NCBI RefSeq assembly: GCF_003991155.1
Contig: NZ_CP031294.1
Length of the DNA: 64,000 nt
Source: Escherichia coli
GTDB taxonomy: Bacteria; Pseudomonadota; Gammaproteobacteria; Enterobacterales; Enterobacteriaceae
Strand: one strand, 5' to 3'
Part shown: piece after piece, positions 38,466-46,417 of the stretch
How positions within the stretch are numbered: position 1 is the first letter of the stretch
Layout: the number at the start of each line of letters is the position of its first letter
Notes under the pieces: generated by a model
Seen by the model: the letters and a program-made list of their open reading frames with translations, nothing else
Told to the model about the DNA's origin: nothing
Database searches by the model: none
Made by a program: the position numbers and the translations under genes

Positions 38466-38495
38466 TAATAACCGGCTAAGTCCGGTTATTATTTT
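38466..38495 (+). terminator. rho-independent terminator (TAACCGGCTAAGTCCGGTTA plus T-run)
   Basis: Perfect 7-bp stem followed by TTATTTTT, 12 nt after the stop codon. Confidence 0.6.
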
Positions 38496-38645
38496 TCACA
38501 TCACTTCTTTATATCTACAAATCAAATAACCTAAATATATATAAGGTCTAAAGCCGCAATCAATTATTTATTTAGGGAACACCTTCGACGATCTCGCTTT
38601 TATTTCTAGGACTTTCATCCCTGCAAAAAATTTAAAAAAAAACAC

Positions 38646-38673
38646 TTGCAATCTTTTTTCGCATATCGATAAT
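38646..38673 (+). promoter_or_regulatory. sigma70-like promoter of the AT-rich cassette (TTGCAA, 16 nt, GATAAT) with an upstream A-tract
   Basis: Read directly from aaaaaatttaaaaaaaaacacTTGCAAtcttttttcgcatatcGATAATtgaac. An AAGGAAAAA RBS precedes the ATG at 38739. Confidence 0.5.
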
Positions 38674-38738
38674 TGAACTCGTCGAAAGCGAAGACGCTAA
38701 CGACAATAAATTTTAAATTTACATAAGGAAAAATTATC

Positions 38739-39389
38739 ATGGCTAACATTATCATTTCTAAAAAATCCATCATTGAAGCTGCTTCCATTGTATCCGATGA
38801 ACTGCGCGAAAAAGCAGATCTGGCAACTCAAACATATAACGAACATTATAAAAATGGTACGCACACTAAAGCAGACAAAGCAAATATGCAAGCTGCGACC
38901 ACTAAACTTGCTTACTTCATCAACAACGTCGTAAACGCAGTAGAAGACGAAAAATTATGCTCTGTTTTCTACTATGCGATTAAAGCAAGCAAACAAGCGC
39001 CAGAAGTATTTTTCCGTGATGCAATGACTAATAGTTATTCTCTGGAAAAACTGGTTTATCTGGTTAAATCAATTAAATCTGGTAAATGCGTTTATTCCAT
39101 CGCTGATATGTCTGGATCTCGTGTATTCGCTTTAATCGATATGATTAACGACGAGATCGACACGTTCACTAATGGCGCTGTTTTCGATTTAATGAATGAA
39201 GCTAAAAAAGCGTGTGAAATTAAATTGGACGCTGGTTATACTCAAGCCAACCAGTTGATCAATCTTTGCGAACGTCTTGGACTTGTTGAAAAAGTCAAAG
39301 GAGCTGGGAGCGCGAAAGCTGGTACTCAGCAATATCGCTTCATTAAAAATGATTTCTACAATTATTTAGCTGATGCTTTCAAAGCGTAA
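38739..39389 (+). CDS. hypothetical protein (216 aa), first gene of the AT-rich cassette
   Basis: Good RBS and own promoter. Terminator hairpin 12 nt after the stop. Confidence 0.55.
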   Translation: MANIIISKKSIIEAASIVSDELREKADLATQTYNEHYKNGTHTKADKANMQAATTKLAYFINNVVNAVEDEKLCSVFYYAIKASKQAPEVFFRDAMTNSYSLEKLVYLVKSIKSGKCVYSIADMSGSRVFALIDMINDEIDTFTNGAVFDLMNEAKKACEIKLDAGYTQANQLINLCERLGLVEKVKGAGSAKAGTQQYRFIKNDFYNYLADAFKA

Positions 39390-39401
39390 TTAATGGAATC
39401 A

Positions 39402-39426
39402 AGCGCCCACTATGGGCGCTTTAAAG
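39402..39426 (+). terminator. hairpin AGCGCCCACTATGGGCGCT plus TTT (copy 1 of a duplicated terminator)
   Basis: Perfect 7-bp GC-rich stem. An identical hairpin sits at 39898. Confidence 0.55.
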
Positions 39427-39437
39427 GAGCTTTGAAA

Positions 39438-39641
39438 ATGGTCAGCTATGACAAGATCCGCGCGGAATATCGCGCAAAGTATCGCGCTTATAAACTAGAA
39501 TTAATCGATGATTTAATCGCGCAACGCGACCAATTAAATTTTACGTTTTCTGATTTGCTTAACAGCAAGCGAGATTGCAAGCGCAAACGTGAATACTTAC
39601 GTTTAAGCGCATTAATCGGAAAACTTCAAAATTCTATTTAA
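39438..39641 (+). CDS. small basic helical protein (67 aa)
   Basis: The AAAGGAG RBS lies immediately after the terminator hairpin. The start is reassigned from the track ORF, whose first codons lie inside the hairpin. Confidence 0.45.
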   Translation: MVSYDKIRAEYRAKYRAYKLELIDDLIAQRDQLNFTFSDLLNSKRDCKRKREYLRLSALIGKLQNSI

Positions 39642-39661
39642 TTTTTTTAAGGAGCTTAATC

Positions 39662-39892
39662 ATGTTTGTTCTTATCGCTGGCGTTAACGTCCATAACGAA
39701 TATTATGTTAATCGCATCGCTGGGATCGCTGGTTACGCTGGGCGCGCAGTCGAGTTTATCGATGAAACAACGCGTAAAATTGATTTATTGAGCGACCAGG
39801 AGCGAAAAAAAGCAGACGTGAACGACGCTGATATATTTTTAATGTTAAAAGCGTTTGTAGAAATGGGATTTAAAATCAGTTTACACAAATAA
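39662..39892 (+). CDS. hypothetical small protein (76 aa)
   Basis: TTAAGGAGC RBS. Followed by a terminator. Confidence 0.45.
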   Translation: MFVLIAGVNVHNEYYVNRIAGIAGYAGRAVEFIDETTRKIDLLSDQERKKADVNDADIFLMLKAFVEMGFKISLHK

Positions 39893-39896
39893 AATC

Positions 39897-39921
39897 GAGC
39901 GCCCACTATGGGCGCTTTTTT
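39897..39921 (+). terminator. rho-independent terminator (copy 2 of AGCGCCCACTATGGGCGCT, plus TTTTTT)
   Basis: Identical hairpin to the one at 39402, followed by six T. Confidence 0.7.
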
Positions 39922-39942
39922 CGTTTCCAATACTTCCACAAT

Positions 39943-39970
39943 AACGCGCCATTGATGGCGCGTTTTTTAT
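39943..39970 (+). terminator. second tandem terminator (AACGCGCCATTGATGGCGCGTT plus TTTTTT)
   Basis: Perfect 8-bp stem plus T-run. Confidence 0.6.
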
Positions 39971-40379
39971 TGTCTTTAACTCACTCCAACAACATAAAAA
40001 TAAGCGCCAAAATAACGCCATAAACGCGCTTTTATATCCTTACCAGTACATACCCATTACTTAACACATTAACGCGCTTAAAACGCGTTATATTGCGCTA
40101 TAGCGTATGGTTAATCATTGGCTTTTAGTCTTGCTATGTGATCCGCGTTTATTTGTCGGCGCGGATCGGCATTTTGTTTTGTTCCGTATCCGCTCGCGTA
40201 TTATGTGCGCGTGATTTTTCACATAATCACACCACTTAATCACGTATGTGATTATGCTACGAAAGAAATCTGGATGTCTCAGGCGACGAAAGTCATCATA
40301 ATTTTCCCCGCTCGCCTGTCCGACAACCGCTGGTTGGATTCCACCAGCTTCCCGATGTTTTTTTCTACATAAAGGCGAA

Positions 40380-40500
40380 TGCAGCCGTTTCCCGAAAAAA
40401 TCCTGGCCGTTTCCCGTCGGCTCATGAATACGTTCCTCGCCGTTTCTGAAAATTTCCCTGCGGCAGCTGGTGGCTATAGAGAAAGGGCCGTTTCTGGCCC
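40380..40500. repeat. iteron cluster 1: four copies of GCCGTTTC(C/T) followed by CGAAAA/TGAAAA-type sequence
   Basis: The copies are gcagccgtttcccgaaaaaatcc, tggccgtttcccgtcgg, ctcgccgtttctgaaaatttccctg and gggccgtttctggccc. Confidence 0.5.
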
Positions 40501-40509
40501 TCTTCTCAG

Positions 40510-40992
40510 TTACACGCCATCAAGGATGTGGATGCGGTTGCTTGCGTATACATTCAGCATAAAGTTAGCGCAAAACAGTTTCCATGTATCAACGCCAGCG
40601 GTATACGTAATGTTTTTGCATTTAATCGCATTGTTGGCGATCCGCATCCCCTGCGATACTGCTTCATCGTCGGAAAATTTGAACGACGATTGAGTTTTAA
40701 TCCAGACAGAAATCTGCGTAGCGAACTCAATCAGCTTGGACTGGCAGAATCGCCCGGAGCGCACCGGAAAGACGAACGTTCCGAATCCAGAATTTACCAC
40801 ATATGCTTTCTCAAATACCCGCGAGTAACGACGATTGCCAATGATGTCGCGTGCAATAATGCATTTTTCTTGTGCTGACAGTTCTACCGTCTCATTGTCG
40901 CGCCATGCACCAAGTACTCGTTTTTCAATGTCAGAGAACGTTACAGCGATATTGCCATGTGCGGGTGCGTTTACAGTAGCGATAAAATTCAT
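40510..40992 (-). CDS. hypothetical protein (160 aa)
   Basis: AAGGAAT RBS. The operator element lies 20 to 55 bp upstream. Confidence 0.5.
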   Translation of the reverse strand: MNFIATVNAPAHGNIAVTFSDIEKRVLGAWRDNETVELSAQEKCIIARDIIGNRRYSRVFEKAYVVNSGFGTFVFPVRSGRFCQSKLIEFATQISVWIKTQSSFKFSDDEAVSQGMRIANNAIKCKNITYTAGVDTWKLFCANFMLNVYASNRIHILDGV

Positions 40993-41010
40993 GATTAATT
41001 CCTTATCGTA

Positions 41011-41046
41011 AATAACAAATTGTTTTCTTGTTGGTGTTAATTATCG
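41011..41046. promoter_or_regulatory. island operator/promoter element ATAACAAATTGTTTTCTTGTTGGTGTTAATTATCG
   Basis: The core palindrome is AACAAATTGTT. On the coding strand it gives GATAAT or TAATTA (a -10-like hexamer), then about 12 nt, then the palindrome, then the RBS. Confidence 0.5.
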
Positions 41047-41165
41047 TTGTACGAATAAGGCGTCAAAGTGGAAAGTTGCGGTAGCCGGACGGGAACAGGT
41101 GGGTTTGTCGGTTGCCTGGAGGTAAGAGGTTGGTGTTTTTAGCCTGCGGGAAACAGGATGGTCAT

Positions 41166-41193
41166 TTAAGGCCACCAGCATTGGTGGCCTTAA
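41166..41193. terminator. hairpin TTAAGGCCACCAGCATTGGTGGCCTTAA (copy 1)
   Basis: Perfect 11-bp stem. A near-identical copy with an inverted loop is at 41637. Confidence 0.5.
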
Positions 41194-41196
41194 TCT

Positions 41197-41480
41197 TTAG
41201 TGGAGCAGACCGATGTCGATGGTATCCCCTGAATCATCCACACGGATCATCAGCATGGCAAAGGCGTTTAGTGGATAGCTTGCGTGCCATTCAGGGAAGC
41301 GGTCATCTCGCATGAAGTCGGCAATGTCGTAAACGCATCCCTCAAAGTGGAAGAATCGCGTGCTTACCTGCTCGTCATAATCCACATGATCCATTTCTTG
41401 CTGTTCTGTTTCCGGCAAGTCCAGCCATGATTCAAGAAATACATTTTGTGCTTTAGGGGTAATGGTGAAATCAGTCATGA
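41197..41480 (-). CDS. small acidic protein (about 94 aa)
   Basis: The start is reassigned to the ATG at 41480, preceded by GAGGAT. Reads MLMTDFTITPKAQNVFLESWLDLPETEQQEMDHVDYDEQ... Strongly acidic. Confidence 0.45.
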
Positions 41481-41507
41481 GCATATCCTCACTGCGTAAA
41501 CATGTTG

Positions 41508-41540
41508 TTTTCTTGTTGGTGTAATTATCGCAGTGTAGAT
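41508..41540. promoter_or_regulatory. operator element variant AAACATGTTGTTTTCTTGTTGGTGTAATTATCG
   Basis: Same downstream half (TTTTCTTGTTGGTGT-AATTATCG) as the copy at 41011. The palindromic core is AACATGTT. Confidence 0.45.
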
Positions 41541-41636
41541 AAGGCATAAAAGAAGTTAATACAGGCTGAATACACAAGAAAGGTTCTGGAAGTTGATAGC
41601 CAGGTTTCAAACTAACCTTCGGTTATTAAAAGTCAT

Positions 41637-41664
41637 TTAAGACCACCAATGCTGGTGGCCTTAA
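41637..41664. terminator. hairpin TTAAGACCACCAATGCTGGTGGCCTTAA (copy 2)
   Basis: See the copy at 41166. Both are preceded by GTCATTTAA. Confidence 0.5.
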
Positions 41665-41813
41665 TAATTATCGCCCGATTACGCTAAGGATCTTTTCCTC
41701 AACTGATTTGTTGTTGCGACTAAACTGCCTTGCGTATCTGATGACAGAAGAGGCGTTTTGCTTTCTGACCATCTCGGCTCTTTCCTTCAGGCGTTTCTTG
41801 AAATCGCCCATAT

Positions 41814-42188
41814 TTACCACCAGGCGCAGAAGGTCAGTCTGTTATTGTGAAAGTCGTGGTTCTTAATCAGATCTTCCACAAGCTCTTTCAACTCCCCCAC
41901 ATCATGCCAGTAACCTTCATCGTACTCCTGACTGCCGAAGAAAAAACCTTCCCGGGTAGGCAAGTACTCTTCGCAATTACTTTCGTTTATGTGCATCAAA
42001 TGAGCCTTCAGAAAACAAATGTCATTCATCGTTAATTCTAAAAGCTCACAATTTTCGACTTCACCTACGTTGCGCTCCATCCACCCAACGAGCGCATTGA
42101 ACTTACGGAAGTAAGCAACCTGCTTTCTGGATGCCTCGTTATTCAGATCGTTTTTAGGCTGTGTCTCGATATAGATATCAAGTCCCAT
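41814..42188 (-). CDS. hypothetical acidic protein (about 124 aa)
   Basis: The start is reassigned to MGLDIYIETQ..., preceded by AAGGAAACC. An operator-like AAACAAATTGTTAT lies at 42247. Confidence 0.45.
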   Translation of the reverse strand: MGLDIYIETQPKNDLNNEASRKQVAYFRKFNALVGWMERNVGEVENCELLELTMNDICFLKAHLMHINESNCEEYLPTREGFFFGSQEYDEGYWHDVGELKELVEDLIKNHDFHNNRLTFCAWW

Positions 42189-42305
42189 GATGGTTTCCTT
42201 ATTAAGTTGCTTCAGTGAAATCATTTTCACAAATCAGATAAGGCAGAAAACAAATTGTTATCGGGCATAAGAAAATGGCGCGGTTTACGCGCCATTCAAA
42301 GAGGA

Positions 42306-42698
42306 TTAAGCGAATACGCTTTCAGGGATTAAGGTGTCAGCAGGAATGCCGGAGGTAATGCGCAGGCCGTACTGACCAATCCAGGTAGTGTTGGTATTCA
42401 GGCTGGAGGCGAATACGGTGTTAACCATATTCATCATGGTTTCAAACACCTCTTCATCAACCTGGCGGAAGTAGTTCTCGATTTTCAGCAGCAGCGGGTC
42501 AGTTGCATCGAAAATAGACTGGTATTGAGTCGCGTACTCGCCGCCGGAGGCATCACCTTTACGCACGATCGTACTGGCCTGGACTTCGGCACCAGTTTCG
42601 GTGTTGTACGTAACAACGGTGATTTTTGCCACATTCTTACCTTCGGCGGTTTCAGAGGCATAGTAAACATCAACTGTCAGTTTTTCGCGTTTAACGGT
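42306..42698 (-). CDS. hypothetical protein (about 131 aa)
   Basis: The start is reassigned to MTVKREKL..., preceded by GGAGAGTG. The palindrome GTAAGTATGTACTTAC lies upstream at 42745. Confidence 0.45.
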   Translation of the reverse strand, partial: TVKREKLTVDVYYASETAEGKNVAKITVVTYNTETGAEVQASTIVRKGDASGGEYATQYQSIFDATDPLLLKIENYFRQVDEEVFETMMNMVNTVFASSLNTNTTWIGQYGLRITSGIPADTLIPESVFA

Positions 42699-42827
42699 CA
42701 TTTCACTCTCCGTAGTGTTTTGGTTATTTTTATATTCTATGATCGTAAGTATGTACTTACAATACAAAAAAGCCCCGTAAGGATGGCGGGGCTGTCGTAC
42801 TGTCGACTAATTACCACTTGCACATTA

Positions 42828-43139
42828 TCAGGCTATTGCCATCACTGATGCTCTCTGAATCTCTTGCTGGGCCACGCGGTTAACTTCCATCAAAGCCAGT
42901 TCGAGCTGATGTTCCGGCCACATTCTTTGAAATGCCACCCAGCCTTTTCCACGCTGGCGACGAACATTCATTACATAACGAGTAAAGGTGTATTTATCGA
43001 AAGACACCGCTGTTTCACGGAACAGACGAATAGAGGTTCCATTGGCAACGATGTCCAGCAAAGTTAATTGAGCAACCAGCGCAGGCTTCTCTTTTCTCTT
43101 CTGGTCTTTGTCCAGACCAAGAACCAATGATTTTTTCAT
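42828..43139 (-). CDS. hypothetical protein (about 103 aa)
   Basis: The operator AAACAACTTGTTT at 43152 lies just upstream of the MKKSLVLG start. Confidence 0.4.
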   Translation of the reverse strand: MKKSLVLGLDKDQKRKEKPALVAQLTLLDIVANGTSIRLFRETAVSFDKYTFTRYVMNVRRQRGKGWVAFQRMWPEHQLELALMEVNRVAQQEIQRASVMAIA

Positions 43140-43292
43140 CACAACTCCGTAAACAACTTGTTTTCTCAATGGCGTAAATAATACCAGTAAGAAAACGGCT
43201 ACAAAGCATATTGATCAGGTGCATGAGCGATATGCAGGTTCTTCCCTGCGGCTATAGAGAAATTAAGCCAGCATTGCTGGCTTTGGTTAGGT

Positions 43293-43622
43293 TTACTCGA
43301 ATACTTCAAGAAACTCCTGAACGTCCCAATGCTGGACAAGGTGAAGATAGACCTTAGAAATAACATCATTCTCGCTATCGCATGTGAAGTAGTACTTCTG
43401 GCTGCGGTTGTATGTGTCCACACAAAATTCGCTCATATCCATAAAGTCAGCATCTTCACCCATGTCGCAAATCATCAAAGCAGGTGCGTCATCACGAGTC
43501 ATCAGCTCAAGCACCCACCGCGAATTGATCAGAGTGGAAGACCAACCTTCTAACTCATAAAACTGATCAAACTCTTTTTGAGTTAATTTCTTGATTTGGT
43601 TGATGTCGATATTTGCAAACAT
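43293..43622 (-). CDS. small acidic protein (about 110 aa)
   Basis: The product begins MFANIDINQIKKL... and has high Asp/Glu content. The operator lies at 43633. Confidence 0.45.
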   Translation of the reverse strand: MFANIDINQIKKLTQKEFDQFYELEGWSSTLINSRWVLELMTRDDAPALMICDMGEDADFMDMSEFCVDTYNRSQKYYFTCDSENDVISKVYLHLVQHWDVQEFLEVFE

Positions 43623-43699
43623 AAAGCAATCCTTAAACAACATGTTTTCTTGATGGTGTTATTATCGCAATAACGCACAGGTGAAAAAGGATTTTATTC

Positions 43700-45170
43700 C
43701 GGTGAATGTGGTTTTGGCAGTGAGTTTTCAGGTTCAGTACCGAGTACACTTTTTACATTATTCTGATTTAGTGGCCGAAGGTGGCTGGTGGGCAGAATAA
43801 TCCTCTCCCCGAAAACCTACTGAAATCGATTGTGACCCGTTGGCTGTCTGGCACAATTACGCTGTAACTGGGCATTCAGAGGGAATCCAGCGGTAAGTAA
43901 GTTCGCCTGCACGTGAGCGCCTCTCTTCTTCCCGCACATTACAGGTGGGTAGCCGCAACTCTCCCTCTCGCTATACCGGTACGCCGCCGTTCCTGAACCG
44001 GCATCGAGCCTTCTCCCGAAATCCACACAGGCAACTCGACCGTTTCCCTGAAAACCTCCAGCCGTTCCCCGAAGGCAACCCAGCCGTTTCTGTAGCGGGA
44101 TGCAACCTTTTCCCTGTATGGACCGAAGGCTGACCGTAGGGGTGTTACGGGGGATAAAATCAGGAGTTGAATAAATACGAAAAAGGAGGCGACACCCCTC
44201 CTTCTCTCCCCACTTATACATACCTGGCTTCTTCGCTATACATGTTGTGTTTTATTCGTGTTTTATCTGTCTCAACCTCTCTATGGACGTTAATACTCAC
44301 TCCTTCCAGAACGTTCTATACGGCGACTAATTCTGTTGGTGAATTGGGTGTGTTGTTCTCTCTGTCGGTGTATGTGGTTTCGTTCGTTTTGCGGTGGTTC
44401 TTCTATGGGGTGTTCTCGTCGTTTTGGTGATTGTTCTTCTCCGTGTATGGAGTAATGGCAGGTGGGCGATTCCTTTCGTTATTGTGTTTGAGTTGTTTGT
44501 CTGGAGTGCGTGAAGGGCTTTTGTAGTTATTCGTGTGTTGGGTAATGGCGTTTCCCGTGATTGTTCTGTTTCGTGTCTTTTGGGATTGAGAGAAACCTTG
44601 CGGTTACAGGCTTCGTTGGGGTTTCAGTGATTCTGGTGTTTCTTCGCTGTTTGGGTAATGGCGTGTCGTGGGTATCGCGCGTATGGAAGTTTCGAATTGC
44701 CTGTGAAAGTTAGGTTGGTTGTCCGGTAGCCTGAGAAGAAGAGGTGGGTCTTTTCGGTAGCCTGCCATAAAGAGGTTGGTTGTTTTTGGTAATGGCATAT
44801 GTGTTATTTAGTTGTTTTGTTATGCCTGAAAATAAGTTGTTTATATGGTTATGTAACGCAACGGGAACGATTTTGAGCGTGTGTTTTTGTTGGTAGTGTG
44901 TTGGGTCGTCTGTGGTGAAAATTGGACGCTGTGGCGCTGTCTGCTGCGTAGAATTACGGGTATAAGCAGTGATGTGTGAAAACGTCAATTTTTTAGACCA
45001 AATCGGGTGAAAGCGTTGATGTTTCGTTGATCTGTTATTCAGTTGTTTTCTTATTGGTATAAACAACTGTAACCTATTGATATTTAAGGATGTGATTCCA
45101 GGCATGGAAGGGGAGTAGTGGCGATCAACGGATTCTTATAGAAAAGAATCAAATTGTGACCGCCATTATC
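43700..45170. repeat. 1.4-kb non-coding region: iteron cluster 2 (about 43,960-44,130, the same CCGTTTCCC-GAAAA family as 40380-40500) plus a strongly G/T-skewed segment (about 44,230-44,800) with GGTAATGGC repeated four times and CGGTAGCCTG repeated twice
   Basis: No ORF with a credible start or RBS. The repeats were read directly (ctctccccgaaaacc, ccttctcccgaaatcc, cgaccgtttccctgaaaacc, cagccgttccccgaagg, cagccgtttctgtagcg, aaccttttccctgtatgg). The plus strand between 44,340 and 44,800 has very few A. Confidence 0.6.
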
Positions 45171-45176
45171 AATGTT

Positions 45177-45911
45177 TTACTTAGTTTTGTTTAGCAGAGA
45201 GAGAATTTCATCACTAATTTCACTCGCCTGTTTGATAGCCAATGCAGTTACCTCTTCTATGGTTGGTGACTGTTGATGCTCATATTTGGTTTCGGTTATG
45301 ACAATGTGTTCTTCACCAGAATTTGCGCATAGTGCCGCATTGACGATAAGGTTTGAGTAAGAATTTAGCAGAGCACTGTTGATGAACGCTTTCACGGTAT
45401 TACTGTCTGCACCAAATACATCTTTTCTGACCGCTTCAGCCTCACAGCGAACCCCTGCAGCAACATCGTGAAGAACATGTATGGCCTTGGAGCTTGTTTG
45501 TTCACAGTACTCAATCATTATTGTCGAATTGTTCTGTTCAACAAACGATCTGATGCCTGACGATTTACCCATAGCATCGAAGGCAGCGTGACCCGCACTA
45601 GTAGAGATATCTTCATAGAGTTCTTCATCGCTATCTTTTTCTTCAGGTGTCGAGGTGTCTTCATCGTCGTAATAGATATTGCCTTTAATCAGTGTCTTGG
45701 ACACTTGATATAAACAATAAGAAACGAGATTTAAGCATTGGATTTTAGCTGTATTGTCCTTTGTCGCCTCGCTATTCAGTTCTTTCGCTTCTTCAGTAAG
45801 GCTGTTGATAAGACTTTGTATTTTTTCCAACGCGTTAGGTGCACACTCCGCGTTGTCCATAAAGAATTTATAACCAGTCCCAGGGATTTCTAAACTTTTC
45901 AACTTTTTCAT
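45177..45911 (-). CDS. hypothetical acidic protein (244 aa)
   Basis: Good ORF. The Asp/Glu-rich central segment reads DDEDTSTPEEKDSDEELYEDIS. Confidence 0.5.
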   Translation of the reverse strand: MKKLKSLEIPGTGYKFFMDNAECAPNALEKIQSLINSLTEEAKELNSEATKDNTAKIQCLNLVSYCLYQVSKTLIKGNIYYDDEDTSTPEEKDSDEELYEDISTSAGHAAFDAMGKSSGIRSFVEQNNSTIMIEYCEQTSSKAIHVLHDVAAGVRCEAEAVRKDVFGADSNTVKAFINSALLNSYSNLIVNAALCANSGEEHIVITETKYEHQQSPTIEEVTALAIKQASEISDEILSLLNKTK

Positions 45912-45956
45912 TTCTTTGATAATCCTAAAAACAAACTACCAATGCTTTAATATCTG

Positions 45957-46256
45957 TTACCAGTTCCAGCACTCAAGCCCTTCAACGACCGGCGCACCAC
46001 AATCAAAATGTACAGAGTCAAAGCCTACATCAAGTACTTTCTGAATGTTAGCAATCGCGCCTTCGGATATACCATATCGACGCAAGTCCTCTTTCCAGAC
46101 ATCATCCTGTAACCCAGCGTGGACAATACAACCGCCGTCAATTTGTGAAACCCAATCCAGCTCATTGCTTGCGATCATGAATCGGCGAGCATCTTCCTCT
46201 GATGTATGAGATGAGCTGATCAATGCCACCTGGTAGGCTTGGGTAATGTTCAACAT
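45957..46256 (-). CDS. small acidic protein (99 aa)
   Basis: Two operator palindromes lie immediately upstream. Confidence 0.45.
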   Translation of the reverse strand: MLNITQAYQVALISSSHTSEEDARRFMIASNELDWVSQIDGGCIVHAGLQDDVWKEDLRRYGISEGAIANIQKVLDVGFDSVHFDCGAPVVEGLECWNW

Positions 46257-46265
46257 TTCAACAAC

Positions 46266-46336
46266 TCCGAAACAATTTGTTTTCTTATGTGGCTTATTAT
46301 CTCAATCAACAAAAGGTAGAAAACAAATTGTTTTAG
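46266..46336. promoter_or_regulatory. tandem operators AAACAATTTGTTT (46268) and AAACAAATTGTTT (46318)
   Basis: Read directly. The first is followed by TCTTATGTGGCTTATTATCTC, as in the other copies. Confidence 0.5.
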
Positions 46337-46417
46337 GGTTTGTTAAAGTCAGAAGGGGTTGTGTCTATATGAAAATGCCCAGCGTGTTGCCGGGCATTGC
46401 GAACAGAGGTTGTTTAA

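Noticed and set aside
40379-40693. 104-aa plus-strand ORF spanning iteron cluster 1 and running antisense into the 160-aa island gene
   Set aside because: It overlaps the better-supported minus-strand gene and starts inside the repeat array. It is most likely non-coding.
44167-44430. 87-codon TTG-initiated hydrophobic ORF in the G/T-rich non-coding region
   Set aside because: The hydrophobicity follows from the GT-rich sequence. The start is TTG with an SD directly abutting it (no spacing), and the neighbouring frames are similarly open.
43700-45170. Possibility that the repeat-rich non-coding region is a CRISPR array
   Set aside because: The repeats are short (9 to 17 bp), irregularly spaced and of several different kinds. 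There is no regular repeat-spacer periodicity, and no cas genes are in the window.
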